From NCBI GenBank assembly GCA_963718525.1, contig OY970355.1, positions 2,112,001-2,176,000 of the forward strand: 64,000 nucleotides of DNA. The letters run 5' to 3'. This DNA is from Candidatus Dormiibacterota bacterium. GTDB lineage: Bacteria; Chloroflexota; Dormibacteria; Aeolococcales; Aeolococcaceae. Below, piece by piece: positions 1 to 10,047 of this stretch. The position numbers and the translations under genes were made by a program. Numbering within the stretch: the first letter of the stretch is position 1; the number at the start of each line of letters is the position of its first letter. Under the pieces are notes generated by a model that saw only the letters and a list, made by a program, of their open reading frames with translations, searched no databases and was not told where the DNA came from.

Positions 1-405
1 GAATCGAATGCCGAGGTCGTAAGCGTCGAGCAGGTCACGTCCGCTGCTCCGGTGTGCTCGTCCCAGTGCCAGCAATCCTGGGAGCAATGCGGTGGCGGTG
101 TGGCACAGGGAGGGCTCATGCGTATCGTCAAAGTCGAGAGCGTGCATCTGCATGCCGTGCAACCACGCGGCATCCCATGGCGTTGCAGCGGCGCCGAAGA
201 CGCTCGCCGCAATCCGCCCCGCGTGCGCGGCCCGTCCAGCGACCGCCACGCCGACCCCGTCGAGCATGAGATCGAGCAACCGTGGAATCCGGTCGCCGGC
301 GCGCGTGGTGGCGAAGAGACGGATCTGATCCACGAGGGCGGCATGCCGATCGCCGCCGATCATGACGTCGCGTGAGTTGAGTGTCGGCACGTCAACGTCG
401 GTCAT
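1..405 (-). CDS. MmgE/PrpD family protein (5' part; runs off the window edge)
   Basis: Not in the ORF track. Manual translation MTDVDVPTLNSRD...AAWLHGMQMHALDFDDTHEPSLCHTATALLPGLLALG contains the HALDFDDTH...H motif. SD GGAGGAG precedes the ATG at 405. Confidence 0.85.
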   Translation of the reverse strand, partial: MTDVDVPTLNSRDVMIGGDRHAALVDQIRLFATTRAGDRIPRLLDLMLDGVGVAVAGRAAHAGRIAASVFGAAATPWDAAWLHGMQMHALDFDDTHEPSLCHTATALLPGLLALGRAHRSSGRDLLDAYDLGIRF

Positions 406-431
406 GAGCTCCTCCGCGATACCACCGGCAT

Positions 432-1175
432 CTACGCCGGGTTCCCGTCTTCTGCAACGGCGCGCTCGCTCACCGACAAGGCGCGCGCCGACCGCCGGAT
501 GTGCTTGCGCACCGACCTCGCCGCCGCAGGGATGTCACCAGCCATGACGTTGCGCAGGATCTCCGCATGCTCGTCGACGGCGTGGACGCGATTATCAGCA
601 CGGGAGGCGTTGACCTCGCGATACAGCAGCATGCGATCCCAGAGGGTGTTGATCATCTGCAGCAGCAACGGAGAATCGGACGGTGCGTATAGCGTGAAGT
701 GGAACTGGCGATTCACCTCGCTCCACGCCAGCGCTTGCCCTTCAAGCGGCATCATCGCCATCCGCCGATTGAGGTCGGCGGCTTTCTGGAGGTGACTCGC
801 TTCAAAGTGCGGACCGGCGAGGCGAAGCGCGAGCTCCTCCAGGCGCTCTCGGATCCGATTGATCTCCGTGATCTGCGGCAGCGAGAGCTTGGCGACAAAC
901 GCACCACGGCGCGGGAGGATCTCCACGAGGCCCTCGGCTTCGAGCTGACGCAGGCTCTCGCGGACGGGAATGATGCTGACCCCGAGACGTTCGGCGAGAA
1001 CCTGCTGATCGAGCCGCGAACCGAGATCGAACGTGCCATCGAGAATCCACGCGCGGATCTCATTGCTCACGTAGTCGCTGGCCGTCTCGGGTGGACGGCG
1101 TTCGTGCTTGCGGCCGCGCCCATCCACCGACGTGCGTGACGGGCTCGACGCAGCCGCCCTAGCAGGCATGGTCAT
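432..1175 (-). CDS. GntR family (FCD domain) transcriptional regulator
   Basis: wHTH LAERLGVSIIPVRESLRQLEAEGLVEILPRRGAFV; FCD features NRQFH...EHAEIL. Confidence 0.92.
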   Translation of the reverse strand: MTMPARAAASSPSRTSVDGRGRKHERRPPETASDYVSNEIRAWILDGTFDLGSRLDQQVLAERLGVSIIPVRESLRQLEAEGLVEILPRRGAFVAKLSLPQITEINRIRERLEELALRLAGPHFEASHLQKAADLNRRMAMMPLEGQALAWSEVNRQFHFTLYAPSDSPLLLQMINTLWDRMLLYREVNASRADNRVHAVDEHAEILRNVMAGDIPAAARSVRKHIRRSARALSVSERAVAEDGNPA

Positions 1176-1272
1176 GCATGATGCGTTCCTCCGCTCCTGA
1201 CGCCCCTCTCAACCGATATTGGCGCCCAATCATACGGTACGGAGAACGGATGCTCTCGACTCATATTCCGAC

Positions 1273-2478
1273 TCATATGACGCCCTCAGTAGTCAACTGT
1301 GCGAGCTCGCCGTCAGTCACGCCGAGCCAGTCGGCGTAGACCTCGCGCGTATGCTCGCCGAGGCGCGGGCCTGCATGGCGAATGCCACCGGGGGTGCGCG
1401 AGAGTTTCGGCACAACGTTCTGCATCCGGACCGAGCCCAGGTCCTGATCGTCCACGGCGATGATGCTCTCTCGATCGCGAAAATGCTCGTCCTCGAAGAC
1501 GCCGCGCACATCGTAGATCGGCGCGACGGCTGCGCCGGCGTCGTTCAGGGTGGCGAGCACATCGGCGGTGCGATGGGTGCTGATCCAGTCAGCGAACACC
1601 GCATCCAGCGTCGCGGAGTTCTCCGTCCGCGTCTGGTTGTTCCCATAGCGAACGTCGGTGATGAGCTCGGACCGTCCGATCGCATTGCAGGCTCGAACGA
1701 AGACGCTCTGCGTGCTGCAAGACATGGCGACCCAGTCGCCGTCCTGTGTTTTGAACGCGTTGCGAGGCGAGGCAAACGGAAGCCGCGAGCCCAGCCGCCC
1801 GGCGACGATGCCGAGTTGATCGAAGTCAACGAAGTGGTGCCCGAGCATCGTGAGCATCGGCTCGTAGATGCCCAGGTCGATCGCCTGGCCCTTGCCACTC
1901 ACGGTGTCGCGCTCGTGGAGCGCCACCATGACCGCGAAGGCGCCGCAGAGACCGGTCACCGCGTCGGCGAGCCCGAACGACGGCAGGGTTGGTGGCCCAT
2001 CGGGCTGCCCGGTCACATGCGCGTAGCCGCTCATCGCTTCGGCGAGCGTTCCGAATCCAGCTCGCGAACTGTAGCGCCCGGTCTTACCGAACGCCGAGAT
2101 GCTCAGCATCACCAGTCGTGGATTGAGTTCCTGCAGGGTGTCGTAGGCAAGTCCCCATCGCTCGAGGGTTCCGGGTCTGAAGTTCTCCACCAGGACGTCG
2201 GCCTTGGCGACCATCCGGCGCAGGATTTCCTGCCCCTGTGGCTTGTGCAGGTCGAGCGTGACCGATCGCTTGTTGCGAGCGACCATCTTCCAGAAGAGGG
2301 GTACATCGTTCTTCTGGCTGCCCCATCCCCGCATCATGTCGCCGTCGGGGTGCTCGATCTTGATGACGTCGGCACCGAAGTCGCCGAGCCACATTGCCGT
2401 CATCGGCGCAGCCATGAAGGATGCGATGTCGAGGACCTTGATGTTGGCGAGCGGCGGGAGCTCGGGCACTGTTGTCAT
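1273..2478 (-). CDS. Family III (CaiB/BaiF) CoA-transferase
   Basis: LGDFGADVIKIEHP, RNKRSVTLDL, DVLVENFRPG, GLAD. Start placed at MTTVPELP, an ATGA overlap with the upstream stop. Confidence 0.92.
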   Translation of the reverse strand: MTTVPELPPLANIKVLDIASFMAAPMTAMWLGDFGADVIKIEHPDGDMMRGWGSQKNDVPLFWKMVARNKRSVTLDLHKPQGQEILRRMVAKADVLVENFRPGTLERWGLAYDTLQELNPRLVMLSISAFGKTGRYSSRAGFGTLAEAMSGYAHVTGQPDGPPTLPSFGLADAVTGLCGAFAVMVALHERDTVSGKGQAIDLGIYEPMLTMLGHHFVDFDQLGIVAGRLGSRLPFASPRNAFKTQDGDWVAMSCSTQSVFVRACNAIGRSELITDVRYGNNQTRTENSATLDAVFADWISTHRTADVLATLNDAGAAVAPIYDVRGVFEDEHFRDRESIIAVDDQDLGSVRMQNVVPKLSRTPGGIRHAGPRLGEHTREVYADWLGVTDGELAQLTTEGVI

Positions 2479-3743
2479 ATCGTCCCAACCGGTTGACGGA
2501 GCTCGCCTGCCTCGGCCGCTGTGATGAGGCCGAGTTCTTCCGCTCGCTGCGGAGCGATGTATCCCCACGCGGCCGCGCGACGAAGCTGCCTGCGCACCTG
2601 CCGGTCGGTGCCGATGTCGAGCAACTCTCCGCGGCTGCCCGCGACCGCGCCCTTGTCGTCCGCACCGGCGCGACGAAACAACTCGAGCTCGGTCAGGAGC
2701 GCGTCGACGACCGAAGCAGAGAACGCGGCTCGGAACGCCAATTCGGTGGAAAGCAGTTGGAGTGGGTGCCCCGCCCAGCGTCCACTCATGCCGACGTCGA
2801 TGGAATGCTGCGCATCCTCAAAGTTCGCCACCATGCGATCGAGCACGAGGGCGTGGTTTTCATCGGGACTCAGGCCCGCAAGGCCCACCGGGAAGTCGAG
2901 TGTCATCCCGTCGATCGCCGGGACGCCCACCGCACCGGCGACGGACACGATGATCATCCGTGCCCATTCGCAGATGGGATGGCGATACCGGACCTGTGGC
3001 AGCCCAAGGTCAGCGCTGAGATCGACGGTGCCGAGGATGATCCCCGCCAGCCGGTCGCGTCCCGCGAGCGCGAGCTGCGTCAGATTGAGCACGCCCCAGC
3101 CGGTCTCGATCTGGAAGCTCACGCGGATCCGATTCCTGCTCAAGCCGAGCTGCTCCTCGATCGCCGAGAGCACGCTGTCGAGCCACTCCACCTCGTGGAC
3201 GTGCCGGATCTTCGGAATCACGATGCCGTCGAGCGGGTACGACTCCGAAGCGAGCCCCTCGCCCGCGCGCATGAGGATGTCGAACAGGTCATCCGCGCAC
3301 CGCGGGTCTTCGATGCCGGCGGGACGGATGAAACACAGCGTCGACCCACGGTCGACTTCGCGGAGGAGTCTGACGGCGTTCGACCGCGCTTCGTCGATCA
3401 TGTTCGGCGCCACGCCGTCCTCGAGATCCAGCAGGACCACAGGCGCACCGTGGCCGCCGAGTACTTCGGTGACCACCGATGCGTCCATCTCCAGACGCCG
3501 CGCCAGCTCGTCAACCTGGATGCCGTACCGGTCCATCAACCGTGCGGAGACCGCATGCGCGTTGGTCAGCGCCTTCTCGGCGAGTGCGAACCCGGAGGCC
3601 GGCGCAGTGAGATGCGCCTGCTGCCGCAGGTAGGGAAGGGGAAGCTGTGCGCGCGTCGCGTCGCCGCGTCGTACCGCGGCCTGTTGGGTGGTCCGGAAGT
3701 GCTCGAGCAGCTCGCCTCGACCGTCAGCCACGGTACTGGTCAT
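2475..3743 (-). CDS. CitE/malyl-CoA/citramalyl-CoA lyase-like enzyme (HpcH/HpaI aldolase-citrate lyase family) with N- and C-terminal extensions
   Basis: LLDLEDGVA, FIRP, IPKI, QIET, LGTVDLSADLG, GRWAGHPLQ. Start placed at MTSTVADG. Confidence 0.8.
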   Translation of the reverse strand: MTSTVADGRGELLEHFRTTQQAAVRRGDATRAQLPLPYLRQQAHLTAPASGFALAEKALTNAHAVSARLMDRYGIQVDELARRLEMDASVVTEVLGGHGAPVVLLDLEDGVAPNMIDEARSNAVRLLREVDRGSTLCFIRPAGIEDPRCADDLFDILMRAGEGLASESYPLDGIVIPKIRHVHEVEWLDSVLSAIEEQLGLSRNRIRVSFQIETGWGVLNLTQLALAGRDRLAGIILGTVDLSADLGLPQVRYRHPICEWARMIIVSVAGAVGVPAIDGMTLDFPVGLAGLSPDENHALVLDRMVANFEDAQHSIDVGMSGRWAGHPLQLLSTELAFRAAFSASVVDALLTELELFRRAGADDKGAVAGSRGELLDIGTDRQVRRQLRRAAAWGYIAPQRAEELGLITAAEAGELRQPVGTI

Positions 3744-5505
3744 TCGATGTCTCCTCATGGCGGCGCATGCGCGCCCCGCTGCGGCCGGTCTCGCCGGATG
3801 CGTCGACGACGCGACCCAACTCATCGATCAGCACGCCGTAATCGCGCCACGCAGCATCGGCGCTGACGTAGCCGTCTCGAACATCGGCGACCACTCGCGA
3901 CGCGTCTCGGTCGAGGGGGTCGCCCCATCCACCACCGCCTCCGCCGAACAGCTGGACGCGTGCGTTCGAGCTGAGGCGGATGTCATCGCGCTTCAGCACG
4001 AGCTCCCAATCGGCGCCGGGATCTGCCTGGATGTACGCGCGATTCGGTCGTCCCGGCAGACCGCCGTTGAGTCCCCACGGTAGACACTCATGGCGGTCGA
4101 CGTTGATCTGCATCGATGCCGACGCAGAGAGCAGGCGAAATGTCCTGCGGTAGCCCAGCCCGCCGCGATGCAGCCCTGCGCCCGCGCTGTCGGTGTCGAG
4201 CGCCGACTCCTCAACGAGTATCGGGATGGTCAACTCCTGGAGCTCGACCGGAACGTCCGGGGTATCGCCTTCGTGGAAGCAGACCGTGGCGCTCACACCG
4301 TCCTCGTGGGGCCGCCCTCCGTGTCCCCCCGGTACGGGTTCGAAGAACACGAAGCGACGGTTGTTCAGATCGCGACCCTGAATGAGGCACATCGGGATAT
4401 CGCCGAAGTGTCCAGCCGGAATCGCGTCCGGCAGCGCAGGGCTCAGCGCTTTGAGGATCACGTCCAGGGTGGTGCTCGTGGTTCGCGCCCACCACCCGCA
4501 TGCCGCGGGCAGCGTCGCGCTCACGATCTTTCCCGGCGTCACGACGACGTGCAGCGGTCGGAAGTGACCCTCGTTGACGGGTTCGTGCGGCGTCGTCAGG
4601 CACTTGAATGCGTTGCGCGCGATCGAGATGGCGCCGGTCAGCCCGGTGTTGATGGATCCACGCGTTTGATCGGCAAATCCCGAGAAGTCGATGGTCATCT
4701 CGTCGCCGGACACCTCGATGACCACTGGGAGCGCGATGTGCTCGCCGAGCGTGATCCCGTCATCGTCGAGAAAGGCCTCGGCTCGGTAGGTGCCATCCGC
4801 GATCTCGCGCACCGCGGCGCGCGCGAGACGTTCCCCGTGGTCGAAGATCGCGACCGCCGCTTCCTCGAATTGAGCACGACCGTAGCGTTTGACCAGCGCG
4901 TCGAGCCTGCGCTCGCCGGTGCGGCAGGCCGCCACCTGAGCGCGCAGGTCGCCGAGAACTTCCTCGGGCATCCGCGTGTTGTCGGCGATCAATCGATGGA
5001 CCGCCTCCTCCGGCGCGCCCCTGGAGTAGAAGCGCAGCTGGCGGATGCGAAGACCTTCCTGGTAGATCTCGGTCAGCCGAGTGGAACGCGAGCCCGGCAC
5101 CGCGCCGCCCATGTCCACCATGTGTCCACGCGCCACCGCGAAGCCGACCAGTCCATCGGAGAAGATCGGTGAGTAGGTGGCGACATTGTTGATGTGCGTG
5201 CCGATGGTGAACGGGTCGTTGCTGATGTAGACGTCACCGGGTTCGAACGCGTCGATGCCGAGCAGCTCGATCCCGTCTCGAACGACGTCTCCCATGTCCG
5301 CCAGGAACATCGGAAGGCCCGGAGCGCACGCGAGGATGTTGCCTGCGCGGTCGACGAGCCCGACGCACACGTCCTGAATCTGATGGATGCTCGGGCTGTA
5401 CGCGGCGCGCTTGACGTTGCTCATCATCTCGTCCGCGGTGGCGATGAGGCTGTGCCGGATGACCGCGGTGGTCACCGCGTCGATGCGGCCTACCGTCGTG
5501 GTCAT
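3724..5505 (-). CDS. Hydantoinase B/oxoprolinase family subunit
   Basis: SNDPFTIGTHINN, GHMVDMGGAVPGS, EIYQEGL, GGGGGGWGDPLDRD. Confidence 0.92.
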   Translation of the reverse strand: MTTTVGRIDAVTTAVIRHSLIATADEMMSNVKRAAYSPSIHQIQDVCVGLVDRAGNILACAPGLPMFLADMGDVVRDGIELLGIDAFEPGDVYISNDPFTIGTHINNVATYSPIFSDGLVGFAVARGHMVDMGGAVPGSRSTRLTEIYQEGLRIRQLRFYSRGAPEEAVHRLIADNTRMPEEVLGDLRAQVAACRTGERRLDALVKRYGRAQFEEAAVAIFDHGERLARAAVREIADGTYRAEAFLDDDGITLGEHIALPVVIEVSGDEMTIDFSGFADQTRGSINTGLTGAISIARNAFKCLTTPHEPVNEGHFRPLHVVVTPGKIVSATLPAACGWWARTTSTTLDVILKALSPALPDAIPAGHFGDIPMCLIQGRDLNNRRFVFFEPVPGGHGGRPHEDGVSATVCFHEGDTPDVPVELQELTIPILVEESALDTDSAGAGLHRGGLGYRRTFRLLSASASMQINVDRHECLPWGLNGGLPGRPNRAYIQADPGADWELVLKRDDIRLSSNARVQLFGGGGGGWGDPLDRDASRVVADVRDGYVSADAAWRDYGVLIDELGRVVDASGETGRSGARMRRHEETSNDQYRG

Positions 5506-7556
5506 GCGGTCGCCCCCAGCCGGATGCGCAAGTGGCCGCCATGCAGGACCTGCGCGCGATCGCGCGCCGGAATCAGAACCGTTGTCGCAAGATCCTCAAT
5601 GATCGCCGGGCCGTCGACGACTGCCCCAGAGCGGAGTGAGGGGCGGCGATGCACTGCGCAGGTGTGCCAGTCACCGTCGTCCATGAGCACCCGTCGCCGC
5701 CCTTGCGCGACGGCGCGGGTCGTCGGTGTCTTCGTCTCGGAGCCCGGTGCCGGCTTGGACACCTCGGAGATGGCCGTGACGCGGACGGCTCTCACCTCGA
5801 TGGGTTCCTTCGGTGCGTTGTGTCCGTAACGCTCGGCGTGGGCACGATGGAAGAGATCGGGGAGGTGCTCCGAGAGAGCGCTCCCCGCGTTTGCCGGCAC
5901 AGTGAGCGTCAGCGGATGAAACTGACCGACGTACCGAAGGTCGAGCTTGCGGATGTAGGTCATCCGCGGCGCTTCGTCGCCGACGAACTGATCGGAGACG
6001 TACCGAGTTGCTTCAGCCTCGAGCTCCGCGAACTGGGCGTTGAGCTCGGCATCATCGATGCTGTCGAGGCGGCCGAGACGGGTTCGTGCGACGTCGTGAC
6101 GGAGATCGGTGACCAGCATCCCGAAAGCGGCGAACGTCCCGGCGCGCGCAGGCACGATGACCTCCGGGATCTGCAACTCCGCCGCGAGTGACGCGGCGTG
6201 CATCGCTCCGGCGCCGCCGTATGCAACCAGGGTGAAGTCGCGTGGATCGCGACCCCGTTCGAGGGTGATCGACCTGATCGCCGACGCCATGATCGTGTTC
6301 GCGATCCGCACCACGCCGAGCGCACATTCGGAGCTGTCCATGTCGAACTCCCGGCCGAGACGGCTCAGCGCCTTGATCGCGAGCTGAGCGTCAAGACGCA
6401 TCTCGCCACCGAGGAAGTAGTCGGGGTCGATCCTGCCGAGGGCGACATTCGCGTCGGTGATCGTCGGCTCGACGCCACCCAGCGCGTATGAGGCCGGACC
6501 GGGCACGGAGCCGGCGCTCCGCGGACCCACGCACAGCCCCCCGCCGGCATCGACGTAGGCGATGCTCCCGCCTCCCGCGCCGACCTCGACGATGTCGAGG
6601 AACGGCACCTGGACGGGGAGGCCCTCGAGCCGTCCGCCGATGAAATACTCGGTCGACGCCTCGGGTTCGCCGCGATTGATCACACAAGCCTTCGCGCTGG
6701 TGCCGCCCATGTCGAATGCGATCGCGTCACCGGTGCCCAGGGCGTCGGCGAGGCGCGCCACCCCCGTCACGCCCGCTGCAGGCCCGGATTCGAGCGTTCG
6801 AATCGGTTGCACCACGGCGACGGCCGAGGTCATCACTCCTCCATTGGACTGGGTGATGAGCAGCGGAGCAGCACAGCTCTGTTCCTCCAGGTGTTGCTTG
6901 AGCCGCTGCAGATATCCGGCGACCAGCGGTCCGACGTACGCATTCACCACAACGGTGCAGGTCCGCTCGTACTCGCCGATCTCGCGTGAGAGGGCACCGG
7001 ACGTCGACACGAACACGTCCGGGCGCAAGGCGCGGACCCGCTCTGCCGCGGCGACCTCATGCGCCGGGTCGACGTAGGAGTGGAGGAATGAGATGGCAAC
7101 GGACTCGACGTCGTCCGGCAGTTCGCTGACTGCCCCGGCGAGGACTTCGTCGTCGAGCTCCCGGATCTCGTTGCCGTGGGCATCGAGCCGCTCGGGCACC
7201 TCGATTCGCAACGTGCGCGGAACCGGGCACATCCTGGCCTTGAAGAAGAGGTTGTACATGTCCGGCCGGTTCTTGCGTCCCATCTCCAGGACATCACGGA
7301 AGCCCTGCGTGGTCAGCAGTGCCGTCTTGACCCCCGTCTGCTGCAGCACCGCGTTGATGGCGATGGTCGACCCGTGGATGAACGCAACGGTGCCGGGGAG
7401 TGGGACCTCCGCGTGCTCCAGAGCTCGCACGACCCCCTGCACGGGGTCGTCGGGGACGGTGAGGACCTTGCTTGCCGCGATGCTGCCGTCATCCTGGTTC
7501 CACGCCACCAGATCGGTGAACGTCCCGCCGATGTCGACAGCGACGCGCCAGGTCAC
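5502..7556 (-). CDS. Hydantoinase A/oxoprolinase family ATP-binding subunit
   Basis: DIGGTFTD, ESGPAAG, DMGGTS, GAGGGSIA, GPRSAGSVPGP. Confidence 0.93.
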   Translation of the reverse strand: MTWRVAVDIGGTFTDLVAWNQDDGSIAASKVLTVPDDPVQGVVRALEHAEVPLPGTVAFIHGSTIAINAVLQQTGVKTALLTTQGFRDVLEMGRKNRPDMYNLFFKARMCPVPRTLRIEVPERLDAHGNEIRELDDEVLAGAVSELPDDVESVAISFLHSYVDPAHEVAAAERVRALRPDVFVSTSGALSREIGEYERTCTVVVNAYVGPLVAGYLQRLKQHLEEQSCAAPLLITQSNGGVMTSAVAVVQPIRTLESGPAAGVTGVARLADALGTGDAIAFDMGGTSAKACVINRGEPEASTEYFIGGRLEGLPVQVPFLDIVEVGAGGGSIAYVDAGGGLCVGPRSAGSVPGPASYALGGVEPTITDANVALGRIDPDYFLGGEMRLDAQLAIKALSRLGREFDMDSSECALGVVRIANTIMASAIRSITLERGRDPRDFTLVAYGGAGAMHAASLAAELQIPEVIVPARAGTFAAFGMLVTDLRHDVARTRLGRLDSIDDAELNAQFAELEAEATRYVSDQFVGDEAPRMTYIRKLDLRYVGQFHPLTLTVPANAGSALSEHLPDLFHRAHAERYGHNAPKEPIEVRAVRVTAISEVSKPAPGSETKTPTTRAVAQGRRRVLMDDGDWHTCAVHRRPSLRSGAVVDGPAIIEDLATTVLIPARDRAQVLHGGHLRIRLGATA

Positions 7557-8428
7557 TTCAGGGCATCCGCCGCTCTCACGGTGTTCCTGATGGTGCCGAT
7601 CGTCTCCACGGACGTTTCGACGACATCCCCGGGCTTGAGCCAGATCGGGGGCACCCGCGACGCACCGATGCCTGCAGGTGTGCCTGTGAGGATGAGATCG
7701 CCTGGATGGAGTGTCGTCACTGCGGAGACGTAGGCGATCAGATGCGGAATGGAGAAGATCATGTGATCCGGGGTGTCATCCTGCAGCAGCTCTCCGTTGA
7801 CAGTGCATGTCACATGCAGTCGCGTCGGGTCTGGCACCTCATCGGCCGTGACCAGAAATGGTCCGATCGGCAGGAATGTGTCAAAGCTCTTGCCGAGCAG
7901 CCACTGCCCGCCGGGCTTCTTCAGCTGCCAATCTCTTGCGGTCACGTCGTTGGCGACCAGGTACCCGCGAACGAAACCCCAGGCGTCCTCCTCGGCGATG
8001 TCGCGTCCGGTCCGACCGATGACAACGGTCAACTCGGCCTCATAGTCGATGCGGCGCGGCGCGACGGCGGGAAGGACGATGTCGTCGTGCGGACCGATGA
8101 TCGATGAGGTGAGCTTTGCGAAGATGATCGGCTCGGTGGGAATCTCGGACTTCGTCTCGGCTGCGTGCTCCGCATAGTTGCGGCCGACGCACAGCACGGC
8201 GCGCGGGTTGTCGATCGGAGGCCCGAGAGACACGTCATCGAGCGAATACCCGGTTCCGCGACGCGCTGACTCCTCCATGGTGGTGAGCCGGTCGTCACCG
8301 TCCCCGAGCAAACTGGCCAGGTCAGCGCTCGCGCCCTCACCGACGGCTGGGAAGATCGTGCCGTCAACCACGAACCCGGTCCGCACTGAGTCACCGTCGC
8401 GGCGGAATCTCGCTATCCTCATTCGCAT
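7553..8428 (-). CDS. Fumarylacetoacetate hydrolase (FAH) family protein
   Basis: CVGRNYAEH, DYEAEL, NDVTARDWQ, GKSFDTF, GDLILTGTPAG. Confidence 0.93.
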   Translation of the reverse strand: MRMRIARFRRDGDSVRTGFVVDGTIFPAVGEGASADLASLLGDGDDRLTTMEESARRGTGYSLDDVSLGPPIDNPRAVLCVGRNYAEHAAETKSEIPTEPIIFAKLTSSIIGPHDDIVLPAVAPRRIDYEAELTVVIGRTGRDIAEEDAWGFVRGYLVANDVTARDWQLKKPGGQWLLGKSFDTFLPIGPFLVTADEVPDPTRLHVTCTVNGELLQDDTPDHMIFSIPHLIAYVSAVTTLHPGDLILTGTPAGIGASRVPPIWLKPGDVVETSVETIGTIRNTVRAADALK

Positions 8429-8562
8429 ATAATATAGGCGTTCAGGGGCGTTTCGTCAGGTCCGGCGCCCGCCGCAGCGGTGGTGCCGGGGTCTTGGGCC
8501 GCGTCCCGAGTGGTTTGAGCCGCTCTGTCTATGGGCGCTTCGCCTATATCCTATATTTCTGC

Positions 8563-8591
8563 TTGACAGCGGGCTGCCTATTTCCTATTCT
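8563..8591 (+). promoter_or_regulatory. sigma70-type promoter of the Liv-type ABC operon
   Basis: TTGACA-N17-TATTCT in an AT-rich patch upstream of the solute-binding protein gene. Confidence 0.7.
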
Positions 8592-8712
8592 CCACAACCC
8601 TAGGTACCCCTGCGGTCGTTCCCTGGACCGTGCGTGGGGTGGGTTGTGACTTGGAGCACATGTTCAGGGCCACGGTTGGATCTGGCCGCCGCAGCGCACT
8701 GGGCGGACGAGG

Positions 8713-9981
8713 GTGACGAAAATGGCGATTGCAAGGGTGAGGCCGACACTGGCAACGAGCGCAATCACATTGGGCGTGCTGGCGCTGGCCGCATGCGGTG
8801 GTTCGGGCGGCTCGTCTCCGAGCAACACCAGCCCAGTCCTTCTGGGCCTGATCGGCCCACTCACGGGCGCACGCGCCGACGTCGGTCAGGGAATGGTCAC
8901 CGGCGCGAAGCTTGCGCTCGACATCATCAACAAGGACGGCGGCGTGCTCGGTCGAAAGGTGAACCTGGACGTGCAGGACGACGCCGCAGACCCCGGCGAC
9001 GCCGTGCCGGCGGCGCAGAAGGAGATCCAGTCTGACGGTGTCGTCGGGATCGTAGGTCCCACCTCGCTCACTGACTCCGTGGTGCTGCCGCTTGCGGTGA
9101 AGGCGAACATCCCCAACCTGATGTGGGGTGGCGGCGCGGCGTTCGACGCGATCCCCAACCCGCAGTTCTTCCGGATGTCACCGTCCGACACTGAGCAGGC
9201 TGACGCCATGACGGTCTATGCGCACGAGAAGGGCTGGAACAAGGTGGCCCTCGCCATCGGGAACCAGTCCGCCGACCAGTCGCTGGTGCCGGGCATCGTC
9301 GCATCGGCCGCCAAGCTGGGCATGACCATCACCAACCAGGTGACCATCGCGGTCGGGTCGACGTCCTTCCGCAGCGAGATCCAGCAGCTGTTCTCCCAGC
9401 AGCCTCAGGCGATCCTCGCGCAGTTCGACATCCCGTCCGCCGGTGTGCTCTTCGGTGAGCTCAAGCAGGAGGGTCTCACCAGCACCCCCTGGGTGGCGAG
9501 CAACCTCTGGTTCGCCAGCGAGTTCACCTCGTCGCTCGGCGGTGCCCTCGCCTCAGGACCGATCTACATCGCGAACTCCGGCACTGAGAATCAGGGATAC
9601 CCCGGCTTCCTCAGCGCCCTCACGCAGTACACCGGCGCGACCCAGCCGAGCAATGGCGAGACCTACATGTACGACGCCGTCAACGTCTGGGCGCTCGGGG
9701 CGCAGATCGCGGGGACCACCAGCTCACCAGGGATCGAGCAGGGCATCCTGAAGGCCGCCAACGGTCCGGGCACGCAATGCTTCGATTACACGACGTGTCT
9801 CAATCTCCTCAAGTCCGGCAAGTCCATCAACTATGAAGGGGCGGCCAGCAGCGTCGACTTTGACGCACACCACAATGTGTACGGACCGTTCGACATCCTG
9901 CATTACAACGCTGACGGCACCTCGAGCTCGGTCCAGGAGTTGACCCCCCAGGCGATCCAGCAAGCGCTCGCGGCGGGATGA
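8713..9981 (+). CDS. ABC transporter substrate-binding lipoprotein, branched-chain amino acid (LivJ/K-like) family
   Basis: Lipobox LALAAC, S/G-rich linker, INKDGGVLGRKV, YEGAASSVDFD; heads a livHMGF-like operon. Confidence 0.9.
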   Translation: MTKMAIARVRPTLATSAITLGVLALAACGGSGGSSPSNTSPVLLGLIGPLTGARADVGQGMVTGAKLALDIINKDGGVLGRKVNLDVQDDAADPGDAVPAAQKEIQSDGVVGIVGPTSLTDSVVLPLAVKANIPNLMWGGGAAFDAIPNPQFFRMSPSDTEQADAMTVYAHEKGWNKVALAIGNQSADQSLVPGIVASAAKLGMTITNQVTIAVGSTSFRSEIQQLFSQQPQAILAQFDIPSAGVLFGELKQEGLTSTPWVASNLWFASEFTSSLGGALASGPIYIANSGTENQGYPGFLSALTQYTGATQPSNGETYMYDAVNVWALGAQIAGTTSSPGIEQGILKAANGPGTQCFDYTTCLNLLKSGKSINYEGAASSVDFDAHHNVYGPFDILHYNADGTSSSVQELTPQAIQQALAAG

Positions 9982-10003
9982 GAGGCTTCATGCCTCTCAT
10001 CCC
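9975..10003 (+). terminator. Perfect 12-bp stem-loop over the SBP stop codon (partial terminator or mRNA-stabilising hairpin)
   Basis: GGGATGAGAGGC-ttcat-GCCTCTCATCCC; no U-tract. Confidence 0.65.
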
Positions 10004-10047
10004 CGATGTGATCAGGCTCATCGACACTGCTGCGGGAGGGCATACAG

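Noticed and set aside
1219-5172. Long plus-strand ORFs (425, 464, 370 and 360 aa), and similar antisense ORFs at 14921-16189, 29390-30469, 37248-38654, 44430-46247, 47157-48269 and 58022-59197
   Set aside because: They shadow well-supported genes on the opposite strand and carry no motifs; this is the expected artefact of high-GC codon bias.
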